Origin: Vitrella brassicaformis CCMP3155
Taxonomy: Eukaryota > Protista > Chromerida
DNA length: 64,000 bases
Assembly (NCBI GenBank): GCA_001179505.1
Contig: CDMY01000635.1
Span: forward strand, 1-64,000
Direction of reading: 5' to 3'
In this document: piece by piece, positions 21,801-35,266 of the stretch
Position numbering within the stretch: the stretch's first letter is position 1
How the letters are laid out: each line of letters begins with the position of its first letter
The notes under the pieces: generated by a model
What the model saw: only the letters and a program-made list of their open reading frames with translations
What the model was told of the DNA's origin: nothing
Database searches by the model: none
Made by a program: the position numbers and the translations under genes

Positions 21801-24523
21801 GGCGAGAAGGGCGTGAGGCATCCGGGACTGCAGTTGGACACATCAATCGGCATCCCCATGAACTCACCAACGCCCTTACGCCCCGCAAAGCTGAAGCACA
21901 GCGGCAAGAGAGAAAAGGAGAAGTCGCCGCCACCGCAGGAGCAGAGAAGACGGGTGTCCAACAGGATGAAGCGCTTCCAGGCTGGCACCAGGAGGTCAGA
22001 GGGGGACGCGCAATCCGTCTTAGGGAAGATCGGCAGTGCAGAGGGGAATGCCAAGAACTCCACCAAGAACAGCCCCTTGGACTCGGCGCAGCACCCGAGA
22101 CTCTTTCAGTATCGCCATTCGTCCTCATCTGGTGAGTCAATCGGCAGCGAGGCCCACGCTACGGTGGTCATTATGGGAAGCGACACACACTTGGAGAGGG
22201 AGACGGCCGCCACGGCAGCAGAGAAGGGTGGACCTGAAGCCGTAAGAGAGTGTATTCCCCTCCCGCCCTACCACCCGTTCGTTTCTGATGAGGTCAAGGC
22301 CAATGTCCTGGCATCGGCTGACTTTCGCATCCTGCGTCTCGATGACGAGTCCCCTTTACAGTCACCGATCCGATTGGACGAACAGAGGAAGACCGGCCCG
22401 AGAATCGCACCGGGCACTGCCAACGGTAGCGATGAAGCTGGGCGGACGATCGCTCCAGATTCCCTGGAAGCAGCGACAGAGACGACCTGCTTTGGGCCCC
22501 TGTACCCCTATTTGAGTGTAGCAGTGCCGAGTGTCCTCCCACACCCCGCACCAGAAGATGCCAACCAAGTCAGCAGCGATGCACCGGTACGCAACTAGCA
22601 GCCACCCAAACACATGATAGCCGACCGTCTGAATCGGTCTGACGCGTCCCTTTCTCTCAGGAGCGTCTGTTCAAAGCCAATGGGCGCCACTACGTTGTAG
22701 ATCCGAAAACAGTCAGGGCCCGCAGCGGCCTTTTCTTGCCCGTGGACCTCTTTGAGCTCTGCAAAGTGTACGGCATTGGCGAGAACTGGAACGCATCGGT
22801 GTTGGGCTTGGCAGGTCGAAGCCTTAACCACTCTCTTCTGGCTGTGGGCACGTATCTCTTGGCTCCCGTCATCTGTGACCGTGATGAGCTGGGCGAACGG
22901 GCGCCGCAGCTGATGCGCTTCCTCCACAAGATCACGTGAGGCAGGGGAGACACGGGGAAAACAAAAAGAATCCAAACAGGAGTGATCGATGTCGTGTCTG
23001 CAGGGAGACTTATTTGAACAATCCCTACCACAGCGAAGCGCATGCAGCAGAAGTGTGCCACTCCACAGTCGTCCTGGCGAGAATGCTCAGGGTGCGTTCA
23101 TCCACAGTACAAGCTCTGGAACCACGTGAGTGTGTCTCTCTTTTTTTCTTGTGTAGGTGTGGGACAACCTGGATATGTTGGGTCAGTTGTCGCTGCTGCT
23201 GAGTGCTCTCTGCCATGACGTGGGCCACGTCGGACGGAACAATGCATTCCTCATTGCGGCCTCGTCGGAGCTAGGTCGGCACTAGCCTGCCACTGTCTGT
23301 CTCTCGTCCTGTCACCTGTGTCGCTTCCCCTGTGTAGCGATCATCTACAATGACAAGTCGCCTCTTGAGAACATGCACGCATCAACCACATTCAAGGTTC
23401 ACATTCGCATAATTGATCAATAATGGATCAGGCTCACGCGAGCAGCGTTCCTGTTTCTTTGTAGCTGTTGAGTGATGACAAGTGTGATTTCGTGGATGCC
23501 CTGTCGCCCGCCGATCGCGCCACCTTCCGTCGATATGTGATCGACCTGATCCTGCAGACGGACATGCAGATGCACTTTGAGGAGGTCAGCAAGTTCAGAA
23601 TAAGGCGGCAGGCGGCCGACTTCGATATGGTTGAGTCCGCTGCCGACCGCTGGCTCACTGCGCGGCTCATCATGAAGGTGAGACAGACAGACAGACAGGC
23701 AGACAGACAGCAACAGAAGGCGCCTTGCGTGTTCTCATTGTCGTCTTTTCCTCCATGCAGGCTGCGGACATCGGTCACAGCTGCAAGACATGGGCGCAGC
23801 ACAAGCGATGGAGCTACCTGATCGTACACGAGTTCTACCTCCAGGCACGATAGCCATCCTTCCCACCTGTGCATGCATCACATGTTGACATGTCTCCATT
23901 TCGTGTCTCGTCTGCAGGGCGATGAAGAGCGTGTACGGGGCATGGAAGTGTCCCCACTATGCGACCGGCAGAATGCTGCCGACCTGCCAAAATCACAAAT
24001 CGGCTTCCTCGGATTCGTATGCAGGTAGTCTTCTTGCTCTTGAACATCCGACATAGTCGCGGGCATTGTGTCTTGACTGATGTGTGGCAGGCCGTGCTTC
24101 GAGGAGCTGCAGGCATTGGACACGAGCGGCAGTATTGCTAAAGTATGCCTTGACGAACTACAGGAGAATAGCAGGAGGTACCCAGCGCCTTCACGACACG
24201 CACATTGATCGCAGCACATCATTTCTTCCTTTGTGGTCTGTGTCATCAGGTGGAGTGTGGTAGAGACGGCGATCGAGAGCAAACGAGCCTTCCACCCGGA
24301 CGGCGACCTAGTACCGCTGCCATCCAAAGAGCTGCCGTCCCCACCACAGTTGTCTCCCAACAACAGCTCCTCACCCAGCCACGACGGCAACCACGAATCA
24401 TCGTCGGCTTCGGCCTCCCTCAACGCTGACGAAAGGGAGGGTGGGCAGCGGGAGGTGCGCGTGACGCCCAGTGCCCGGCTCGTACACAAGACGAGGGAAC
24501 AGGAGAAGGACAGGGCAACATGA
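18802..24523 (+). CDS. PDE: Class I 3',5'-cyclic nucleotide phosphodiesterase with about 6 N-terminal TM helices (apicomplexan type)
   Basis: About six hydrophobic segments at 19060-19780, then a coiled region and DWVATNF, then one large low-complexity exon (21061-~22585). PDEase_I motifs follow: NNPYHSEAHAAEV, LCHDVGHVGRNNAFLI, YNDKSPLENMHAS, LQTDM, KAADIGH, EFYLQ|GDEER, PLCDR, SQIGFL. Splice phases link the segments into one gene. Confidence 0.85.
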
Positions 24524-25461
24524 GGCTGTAGCAGACGCGATTCACGTGGGGGAGGGACTTCTTCGGCCACCGCCTTTATGCCCAGATGCTCCGTCTATTT
24601 TTCCCATTTGGGCCGAGTGTCCCTGCCTCACGTCCAGCATTTTTCTCAGGAGAATTGTCTCTGCGTATGGGCGGGTAGCTGGGGAAAGAAACGGCTCGTA
24701 CGTGTCTCGTCTTGCACTCAATCGAGAGCTGCGTCTTTTTTGCTCTATGGGCTGTTTTTTGCAGCCATGTCCGTTGTTTGGAAATGATGATGAATTCGAA
24801 TGAATTCAGGTTGTGTTTATAAACACGTCTTTTGGTCTGCGACACGCGTCTGTGGGTGGCTAGCCATGGCTGTGGCAGGCGCTGTCCTTTCTTGCTCGGG
24901 GTCGTGTTGCCTATGTCTCTCATGTTGTCCGGTTCCGATGCTGCGCGTGAGCGCCGCGTGCAGTGTCTGGTGTATACATCCGTAGCTAGCTGCATGTATG
25001 AATGCCCACAAGTGACGGACACACTCAAACAGCAGGCGATAGGCTTTACTTGATAATTCCTACTCACCTAAGTACTTTGAATACGCCATCCATCCGTCCA
25101 GCCAAGAAATCATCCATCCATCCATGCACCCGTTGATGCCCAGCAGTGACTCAGTCACCCACCCGACGGGCAATGGCAACTCAACGACATGTCCTGGACG
25201 ACCCGAGCTCGCGCGCGGGGCATAGTGCAATCGATTGTGCCAACCACGCATTTTTTACTGCAAGGAGGCGATCTCGCCAGAATTTTATATCCTGTGGAGA
25301 GTTTTGACCATGAACTCGTGCGGAAGAGTACGCCGTGACTTGTGCACATTTGGATGAGTACGTGGGTACTCATGAATCCAGTTCCTTCGCCTTCTGTCAT
25401 ATGCACGTCTCACAATGGGAGGGAAGCGACATATATGCACATCGCACATGACAAGCTCAGT

Positions 25462-28400
25462 CTATGACTTCTTCTTAAGGGCGTGCTGATACATTTCAGC
25501 CAGGTCCTGTCTCCCAACTTCCTTCAACGCATTCGCCAACGACGCGCCAGCCCTCAACTGCACCAAATATGGACATGGTGTCCTATGTGCATTACATATG
25601 TCTCCGGTAAGTGCATCGCACCTCTTCTTGAGTAAACCTCCTGGCGCTCTTGCTCTTGGTCATCCTTGCCAGCTGTTCCTGGCCCCAGCTGCTGTCTCTC
25701 CTCTGCTGCTTGTGTGCACCGCTGGCTGGGCTGCTGGAGCTCAGCAACGCACCCTGCTTCTTGAACGCTTGAGGGGAGGCCGGTATGCGGATGCGGGAAG
25801 GGCTGACGGCGGTGGGCACGGCGAAGTCCGCATCCGACAGGATGACATTGGCAGGCGGCGAACGGCTTCTTGTCTTTGACGAGGGACCGTGTTTGGCTTT
25901 GCCCTTATGTTTAGGAGGGGATAGGCTAATTGAGGTCCGAGTAAGCAGGGCGGCTTCAGGGGGCACTTCCGTGGCCGCTCGGGATGAGGGACGGGTGACT
26001 CCCTCCTCTGTCAGCTCCTTGGCCATCTGCACCTTCCGCTTGTCCTCCTTGTCGCGCTGTTTGACGTCAAGAGGAAACTTCCAGTGAGCGACAATCCCTG
26101 AGACGCACACATTATATGCACAGCGTGTCATGTCTCTCCTGTCTCCCTCCCTCTCTCGGCTGACCTTGCCTGAGCGACCCAAGGTAGGTGCCGTCCTTTA
26201 TCGACCACATGTGCACTGCCAGGTCCTTGCCGCCTCCCACGGACAGCAGACAGGGCATCGCCGTCGAGTTGCACGCGTGCAGCTTGGCCACTCCTCCCGT
26301 GTGAGCCTTGCCCTTCCACCACACGAAGTTGACCTCAGGCCTGGTGCGCAGCAGGTCTTTGAGCGACGGCAAGGCAGCCGAGAAGATTGATGCGGCACGG
26401 ATGACCTTTGTCAGCGTGTTTAGGAAGCGCAGATTAGTCACGGGCAGCCCTATGGATGTGGCGATGACATCGAGCGACGGCAGCTCATGGTCTTCTGTGT
26501 CTCGCTCGTCCTCACTCCCCTCCATTGTGAGCATGGTGTCCTTCCTCTCGGGCACCGTAGATAGGGGCGGCAGAGCGGCAAGGGAGCCGCGCATCGGTGT
26601 ACCGGATGTAGGGGATGGTGCTGTGGGGGAGGTGGTCTCGAACATGGTGTTGATGTTCTCCATGAATCGCGATAGCCTGCGGCTGCGTGCGGTGCTGATG
26701 CTGGCGAACGAGGCAACACGGAGACCTGAGCGATGCCGAAGCAAGAAATGGTCATGACTTCTGAGGTGCGTGAGTCAGCTGTCCTCACGCCTGGTAGCGC
26801 TGGGAAGGACGGGCGATGCTTGTTCGTCTTCATCAGGTGCTTTTGTCTGGACCTTCTTTTCCCCGGAATGTGCCGTGGGCCGGATGCCCCTGGCCGCCAT
26901 TTCCTTCTGATACAGAGGAGACGCTAGCTTTCGAGCCTGACAGAAATGAGAGGCAACAGAGACACGCTCATTGACCGTCGTCATGATTTGTGAGTGTAAG
27001 TACCTTGTATGCGATTGCCGTGATATCCCAAGAACCGATGCCGCCCCCCTCACAGCCCACAAACACGCGCCACTCCTTGGGCGAAATCTCCAGCACCTCC
27101 AAACACTGCACGCCAACCACCGGGTCACCCTTGCGAGCACCGACATGGACGGGGGTGATCGACTCCCGCTGCTTCGGCACTCTTATGGGTATGTCTCCCT
27201 CCCACTGGATGCTCGTACGGCTCCTTCGCGACGCACTGCCCGATGCAGGCACATCACCGCCACCCGAATTCCTCTTCGTGTCTGTCTCCGCTGTCGCCAC
27301 GACGGCCACATGCCCCGCCACACGGGCGCTGACACTCCGTTTATCCTTCTTCTGGGTCCCTTTGACCTCATCCCCATTCCAACCAGGAGGAGCCGACTTT
27401 GGAGGGGCCGTCGGCGCACAGACGGCTGGCGGCTCTGGCGGCTCGATCTCTATGGTTGGCGCGAAGGAGATCGACCCGTGTGGCCTGCTCCTCTTGCCGC
27501 TAGCCTTGAGTGACGACATGCTGGGACGCGACAGAGGCGTGGGCATCGCCGGTCCGATCGGCGAGGACGCCACGGGTGTCTGAAGGAAGGGACGTGGCCG
27601 GGAAGGAGTCCTGCTCGGCGTGAGCATTGATGGTGTCTGTGGCGTCGTCCGTTTGTCAGTGGATGGCGCGAGCGATTTGGGGCTGTCCTCGATGGCCACG
27701 TCTATGGCAAAGGGGCGCGCTGGGGGCTCTGGCGGGGCTGTGGATGGGGTGGTGAGGTATGCACAGTGAAAGGTGTCGTATTTGGGGAGAGGCTTGAGGC
27801 CGTGGAACGTGAGTTTGGCCTTCTCATCAATGGTCAGAAAGAGGGGGGCGTTGCGCAGGAAGCAGCACGCGACGAGATTCTGAGCAAGCAGTGGAATTTC
27901 AGGCTCTGTGCTGTGGGACCTTCCGTATCTACCAACTTACGGCAGGAAGCTCGGGTTCATCTTGTTTCTGTTCGGTAGTAGCCTCGAGCTGTGCGGTGTC
28001 TGTCTTGTACCAATGAATGCTCCCTCCTCCGCCAACCACGGCGAGCAGATGATGACTCGCCAGCACATCCACACCCACAACGTCCACCACAGACAGCGTC
28101 ATGCGACGAAGCGTCTGGACGCGCCGGCCTGCAAAAGACGGGACGCTCCTGTAAGGGAAGATCAACGCAGTTGCCTCCCCTACCGTCAGGAAGCTCCTCG
28201 TGTATTTGGAAGCAGCCCTCATTGGCGGAGAAGGAGACAAGGTGCTCGCCTGACCACTGAGGCACAGCAGATGGATGACACAGGTCGCAACCGACTGACA
28301 ATGACTTGAGGAAGCGTGTCTCCATCATCACCTTGGCCACTGTTATTTCCGACGGGTGTGAGTGGAGCGTCTTGAGTCGATAGCCTGCACAAGGGGTGAA

Positions 28401-31400
28401 TGGACAAGACGGTCGCTTGGCGTCATGGCATTCCTTCACCGGATGAGAGTGAGTGGATTGAGAGGCGGCCTTGCTCATCGCCAATGACACACTTCCTCTC
28501 AGTCGGATCCACGCTAAATGCCGTAATGGACGACGGCGTCAGATCTGAAAAGGTAGAAGGAGAGGGTCAAGCACTGTCGACCATGTCTCTCTGGCACTAC
28601 CCTCAAGCACTCCTTCAATGTTGCCATCCAGGGCACTCCACACCGTCACTGATCTGCCCACGGGCGTCGCGATCTTCGCAGACAGGCCAACACACATGCA
28701 CACGCACTTATGCTCCGTCGGAAATGTCTCTCTTTCGAGTGTACGTCCCGCGGGTCACCTGTAGCGTTCGTTTGAAGAGTACTGCAGTGAGTGCTGGTTT
28801 ATCCGCCACCACCTTCGGCTCCGTTGACTCGCGGTGCAGGAAGGCCGTGAAGCGACCGCACACTGCAATGGTGTTCCTTCATCAAAAAACAACGACACAC
28901 AAGATAATAGACAGGCAGGTCACAGCAATGGCAACGTCTCACCTGCTGACCGCAGTGAGTTCGTGCGCCTTCAGCGGCTCGTCATCGAGTAGCTCGCTGG
29001 AAGCCTTGAGTGTCTGCACACATGACATGCGACGCAGGTCCCAAATCTGCACAGACAATTCATAAGAAGAAAGAGACATGTCTGTGGGCATCGTCTGCCT
29101 GTCTGATTGGTGACCTTGATGTTGCCGCTGACATCCAGAGACATGGTTTCCCAGCTGTCGGGTATTCGCTGCAGACTCAGTATAGACGACAAATGTCCCG
29201 TCAGAGTCGATGTACCGCAACCTGTGGACACACACACACACCCAGAGAATAGCACCACACGTGTGTGTGGTCAGACTGCCGTGGTGGATAGTTAGGACGT
29301 ACCGCTGGCAGGGTCCCATGTGTGAATGGTATGGTCAAATCCAGCAGACAGCAGCAGCCTCAGCTCAGGATAGAACAGCAGAGACGATATGCCCTTAGTG
29401 TGGCCATACAGCCGGTGCTGCTCGCGGCCATGGATTGTGTCCCACAACACTATCTGCCGACACACATGCAATCAGCCTGCATCATGCCTGCTGCGTCGAA
29501 GAGAGCGCATTGGATGGATCATTACCGTGCTGTCCATGGACGCAGAGGCGAGCATCTCGAAGGAGGGCATCCAGCAGAGAGCCAACACGGGCTGAGAGTG
29601 TCCCTTGTCGATGTCACACGTCAGCTTGAAGCAATCGTTCAGGTCGGTCACGTCACGAATACTGACACACACGAGACATGACGGTGATGAGTGTGTCGCG
29701 GCAGAGTCTGTCCGTGTTTTCATTCTTCACCCGTTGGGGTCTGGAAAGCTCCATCCCATGATTCTCCCACTGGTGGAAAAGGGATCGGCGCCGAACAATC
29801 GATGATGCTGAAAACAAAGGAGCGGCGTCCGGGCAGGAGGGGAGGGAAATGACAGGACGTCTTCGTTCCTTCTCACTCACCTGTGCGTCATACTGCATGC
29901 ACGACACAGTCACAGGCTTCATTACCGCCCCACCGCCCCCAGCCAAGGACACGGACGGCATCTTGGCCAGAGTGGGGGGCCGCTTCAGTTGCCGCTCGCC
30001 ACCATCTTCCTCCCGCGACACGTGCCTGCTGCTGCTGCCCTTCAGCCTCTGAGAATTGTAGCTCGACAGAGACGCGTTGAAGGGCGATGCCGATCCAATG
30101 ATAATCATCGACGTGGTCGACTGTGATGGCGAAGGAGGCACTTTTGGGGTCCACTTACGGACGAGCGAAGCTGTGTTGTCCCATATGATAATCTGCTTGT
30201 CGCAGGCGGAGGTGAGCAGCCACTGGTGAGGCGACGGCATGTACACCGCTGACAGGAGGTCACGGGTGTGACCCTTGAGACACTTCAGCCGCTCGCCTGT
30301 CTTCGGATGCAACAGCTGACATAGACAAAACACTGTGACCCATACAGAAACGAATTGTCTCCCTTTTTGCTAACCCTGGCCGTCGGTTCCTCTTCCTCGA
30401 ACTGCAGTAGTCTGTCCAGCTGAGGAATGTACATGATCTGATGGAAATGAGTGTGCAGCTCCTCAGGCCGATAGTGGTACTGAGCCTTGACGGGCAGCCT
30501 CGTAAAGGGCCGGCTCTCCACTCCCGTCATAGTCGCCATGGCATCCTTCTCCTCCCAGCTGATGCCACCCGCGCCCTCTTTCGCCAGCCCTTCGGCCGGC
30601 AGACTCGGGCCACTGCCCTTCTGGTCTGCCTTGGGCACATCCAGGTGCAGGGTGGACGCTGTCTGCAGTGACTTTTGCAAGTGCTGTTTGCGGAGCAGGT
30701 CGGAGATGCATATGAAGTGCTGGGTGAGGTGGCTCCAGGTGATTTCGCCTCTGCTCTCCACATCGAGGTCGTCGAACATCACAGCTGGCACACAGACAGG
30801 GAGACATGGAGAGGGGGTGGAGGGCAGGTGAGCGAAGCGGTGTCCTCTTTGCGGACCTGCGGCGTACCATCGGAGGTGTTCTCGCTCCTCTTCGTCCAGA
30901 TCGGCACACACACGACTCTTGGGTGGCGCCATGTACGGCTACAAGAGAGAAAGAAAACCAGCCGGCCCGGAGATTCACATCCACTGCCTTCAAGCATGCG
31001 CACCCACCATGACGATGTCGATGAACGAGGCCATATCCACCTGGTCAAAGTGCTCCAGGAACTGACGCTGCAGCTTGCTCAAATACCGACCAGACAGCAC
31101 CTGCAACAAGCAAGACACACACAGCCGTTTCCGCATTGTTACTCACTCACTGCATGATCTGATCACCTGCAGGAACTCCCACTGCGTCATGCGCACTCGC
31201 CGACGAAACCGTGCATACTTGTTCGGCTGTTTGTTGCACAGCCTCTTGAGGTAGGTGCGCACGCGTAGGCGGAGCCTCAGCTTGAGAGTCATGAGCTGAA
31301 GCTCATTCAGATGGGGCGCTGGCGGCATTGCTCCTCGCTGGGCAGTCGGCGGCGCGGTTCTAGAGGGCAACACCAGGTTGCGGGGCTCCACTTCAGCCTC

Positions 31401-31424
31401 TCCTTGTAGCAATGTCTTCCACAT
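25462..31424 (-). CDS. EF-hand + WD40 repeat protein (WDR49/WDR64/EFCAB8-like)
   Basis: EF-hand MFDDLDVESRGEITWSHL (~30780). WD40 repeats LKGHTRDLL...LLTSACDKQIIIWD, KGHSQPVLALCWMPSFEMLASASMDSTV, QIWDLRR, WKGKAHTGGV...LAVHMWSIKDGTYLGSL. Last exon LRAGASLANALKE...KKKS ends with TAG at 25462. Internal exon boundaries are only partly resolved. Confidence 0.75.
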
Positions 31425-31691
31425 GATTGAGCCTTCAGCTTAAAGCGGACCCCGGATTCTGGCACTGCAAACTTCGATTCGTAGTGCCGTTCTATGCGCG
31501 TTCCTCTGCCGCTTTCAACTTGAAGTTGCTGCTCTTCTTGAAAAGACGCCCCCAGGCCCCCACAAAAAGCTCGCGAATGTGATGCCGTTCCCCTTGATAA
31601 GACCGCATGAATGATGTGTCGGCCTGAGGTACAACCTTGGCTATAGCCTATTTGGTTTCTCAACACATTCCCTTGAAAAGATCCGGGAAGG

Positions 31692-32935
31692 ATGGAAAGC
31701 GCCAAAGCTGCTGTTCGTCATGCGTATCTGAGAATGGCGCCGGTGGATCAGGTGCTGCAGATGTGCAGGGGGATCTCTTTTGCTGACGATTGTGAGGTAC
31801 GCGTCAATTGGCCATCGGGCGCCCCGCATCCCTTGGGCATCCCTTGCTTGCCATGCAGATCCAGGACTGGTTCTGTTCTGAGGTCGTCAATGGCGCTATT
31901 GCTACCAGGCGTCCGCCGTCCGTCGCATACACAAGCCGTCTGATGAAGCTGTTAGTGCAAGACATCGAGCTGCAGCAAAGAGAGCCGTCCGATGCTCTTC
32001 TGGAGACCACCTGCACACGCATGGAGCAGTACAGCGCCGCCTCCAAAGAGAAGCCGCCGTGCTTCGTGACCTACATACTGCCTGAGGGGGAGCCGGTGTC
32101 TTGCCGCATCTACCAGGAGAAGAATGAAGTCGGCCTTCGGCTGTGGGAGGCGGCATTCTACCTTGCCGAGTATTTCTGGACGTTTGCTGACCTGCTGGAT
32201 GGCAGGCGGTGTGTGGAGCTTGGCAGTGGCGTGGGGCTGGCGGCCATTATGATATTGAGGAAATGTCGACTGGGGACGTTCGTGTTGACCGACTATCTGC
32301 CATCCATTCTAGCCAACCTGCGCTTCAACTTGGAGGTACCCTCGGCATCGTCCGCCACTCCACAAGTGACAGCTTCCGTTGACTAAGTGTGTGCATGCAA
32401 TGCAGGAGAATGGCATTGCCTTGTCCGGTAGTGCTTCAGAGGAGCCAGCGAGTGTGTCGGTGGAGCTGCTCGACCTCGAGAAGAACCCTGGTGTGAAGTT
32501 GGGAGAGCTGCTTGCACGGGGCATCGATACTGTCGTTGCGTCAGACGTCCTCTATGACCCAGGTACGCGTGTCACAACCAAAGACGGCCACGCACTCCAT
32601 GTACACATGCGTCTGTCTGTCTGTCAATTTCAGATTTAGTCAAAGGTGTAGTTCACGCCCTTTCCGTCTTGCTGCCCCCGCCCAAGGCCACCGCCTCGCA
32701 TGTCCCCGTGGCATACATTGCAGCCACGCGGCGCAACGACCAGACGATGGACATCTTTAGGTCTCTGTGTGCCGACGCTGGCCTGACGGTGGAGGTGGAC
32801 AAGAGGGAGGTCCGGCATCTGTTTGAGTATGACAGGCGGACAGTTGAGATGTTGAGGATAACATGCTGTGTCGGGATGGGGGCGGGGGAGACGGGTTGTG
32901 TGGATGAGAGAAGCCACGCCGTGTGCGTGGGGTGA
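31692..32935 (+). CDS. EEF2KMT: Protein-lysine N-methyltransferase, EEF2KMT/FAM86 (Efm3)-like
   Basis: FAM86-like N-terminus (RRPPSVAYTSRLMKLLVQDIE). Methyltransf_16 motifs VGLRLWEAAFYLAEY, CVELGSGVGL, FVLTD, VVASDVLYDP, YIAATRRN. Confidence 0.85.
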
Positions 32936-33225
32936 TTTGTGGCAAGATGCAGACAGGCTTGTGTTCGGTGTTTGTGGATAATCACCTTTCACAATTGAGT
33001 ATCTCCCTCGGTCATCTTCACACACACACACAGACAGCACAGCACATGTATTGATTGACTCACCGCGCCGCCATGACGCGTCAGGGCACACACCGTCCCG
33101 TCTACCTATAGAGGAAAAATACGCTGTGAGGCCGGCCTCCTCTAGTAGTGTACACACGCGCGCACAGAGCTAGCCTGGCCAGCCAGCCAGCCAGCCGTGA
33201 ACATCAATCAAATCATCCAAGTCCA

Positions 33226-35112
33226 TCACTCCTCCCCCGTCACATACACAGATATACTCTTCTGCCTCATTGTCGCTACCCAGAAGGCCTGCAGGGGTCG
33301 CAACAGGCACATCCATAGTAAACCAGGCGCACAGCCACCTGAGGTCCAACTCGAGACACGACTGGCTTTCGCTGAAAAGTTCTTACCACATCCTTCTCAT
33401 AATAAGCGGCCTCGTTGACGAAGAGGGCATAGAGGTCGTTGCGTGTGTCGGCCGTCATCATGCCGGCGTCATCGGGGTCTGTTGGCGGCATGCTGCTGGG
33501 CTCGGCCGCTTCCTTCTCGCCTGGTGATGGCTTGATGCTCTCATCCTGACCGGTCGCCTGGATGTCCCCTGCAGGCCAGGCAGCACACACAGACAACAGA
33601 TATGTAGACCGGGGAGGGGAGGGGCGTGGTACATGTGGTCGTGTTGGTGTCCTGTTGTGTTCCGCCCTCCCTCACCGATATGGAAGTGTCTTGTGGTGTC
33701 GTCGAACATCTCGAAGGCATTCATGCCGTTCTTGAGGGCACAGAAGTCCTTCTCGTCAAGGTCGGGATGAATGGCGCCACGAATCTCCCCTGCACACAGC
33801 GAAAAGAAAGAGACAGCATAAAAGAATGAACCCATCGGTCATGGTGTGCCGGCTGAATGCAGTGGTGCCCACCGAGTGAGTCTCGTGGGAATGGAACGGT
33901 GCCGATCCTCTCATAGACCTCGAGTGTGCAGCTCTGCTGCCGCGCCCTCTTGAGGGCCTCCTTCTCGCTCAGCAAATTGTTGCGGCTGGCCCACCCCCCA
34001 CAGACAGACAGGCGAACACACACGCACATTGGTGTGCGTGTCTGTCCGCCCTGTCTGTCCGCCCTGTCGGCACTTACAGTTCGATGTAGTCGAGTGCATG
34101 CAGCAGGAGCCTCTTGGTGTCGAGCAGCAGATCTGCCTTCAGCGTGCCGTGAGGTACCGGACCAACCTCCACTGTCATACCTGCATACACGCATGCATAT
34201 TTTGATGCATGACATCGACATTACACAGACATCTTTCCTGTGTGTGTGTAGGTGTGTTGGGCGGACCTGATCTCGCGACCGTGGGCAGGAAGCATGGCTC
34301 TTCGTCCTTGGGCCACGTGACGGTCTTGATGGTCGGCTCCAGCAGCGACATGGCAGCAGCTACCTGTAGCCACACACACTCAGGACGTCTCGACGCTGTA
34401 CATACATTTGGGCTGACTTGCTGACATGCGCACCTCGAAGGCGAATGCGTCTCCGGGAGCGAATATGAGTGTGGTGTGCATGTTGGCGGTCGTGTTGTGG
34501 AGGTCGAGAACGAAGTCCATCCTAGGCGTGGGGGACGCCTTTGGCCCCAGCTCCTTGTCGAGCTGCCTGGCCCTCCGCAACTCGTAGGTGATATCGTCAT
34601 CATCTTCGGCGCTGCCGCCCCCCTCCTCATCGGCATCCACCGACACCGTCAAGTTGTCCAGTGTGAACACACGGTTGATGTCCTGACCAACACGCATGCA
34701 ATGCAGGTGTGTGTGATGTGTGAGGCAGTGAACCAGTCCATGCAGTGCACCCCCCCTCCGCCCTGGGGAACTGTCTGTCCGTGTACCTTTTACCTGGTCG
34801 ATGTATCGTCTGCATGCCGCAATGGCCTCCTTGTTGACGAGCACCGGATGCACATCGAACGACTTTCGAAAGAGCTTCCCCCTTGACCTCTGGAAGTACT
34901 CGGTGAGGTGCACGCCATTCAGCTCGTTGCCATGCGTCCCTCCGCATATGGCCACATTCTGAGATCAACACACACCACAGAGCTCAGCATTGGGCAAATG
35001 GTGCGTTCTTCCCACGCCACTACCTGACCTTGACGATGTCCTTGTCCCCGATGTGGCGCTTCGAGAGAAAGGCGAGCCTCTCCTCCTGAGACAAGCTGCT
35101 CGGGTTGCTCAT
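33226..35112 (-). CDS. ASPA: Aspartoacylase (AstE/AspA family, ASPA-like)
   Basis: VAICGGTHGNELNG, RRYIDQ|DINRVF, DLHNTTANM, TVEVGPVPHG, IHPDLDEKDF, LFVNEAAYYEKDV|AFW. The Zn ligands (H, E, H) and catalytic Glu are present. TGA at 33226. Confidence 0.92.
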
Positions 35113-35266
35113 CGCAATAGATCTCGGACAAAATGCGTCAGTAATGGATCAGATGGACGTGTAGGCGTGACCCTGACGGACTCCTTCTTCCCCGTCCTCT
35201 GAGCTAAGCTCGCAGTCGAGGAGGGGGAAGGGGAAAGGGGGGAAAGGAGAGAGAAGTCTTCTCATT

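Noticed and set aside
21069-22598. Stand-alone 509-aa intronless gene
   Set aside because: It has an in-phase acceptor at 21060 and a donor near 22586, linking it to the TM exons and the PDE exons, so it is an internal exon.
22595-22975. 126-aa minus-strand ORF
   Set aside because: It is antisense to the first PDE catalytic-domain exon.
24524-25461. Short ORFs between the convergent PDE and WD40 genes
   Set aside because: No motifs or codon bias; consistent with 3' UTR or intergenic DNA.
33276-33370. ASPA C-terminus VVRTFQRKPVV...PSG from the ORF track
   Set aside because: A GTAAGA donor after EKDV splices in phase to AFWVAT..., which fits the family better.
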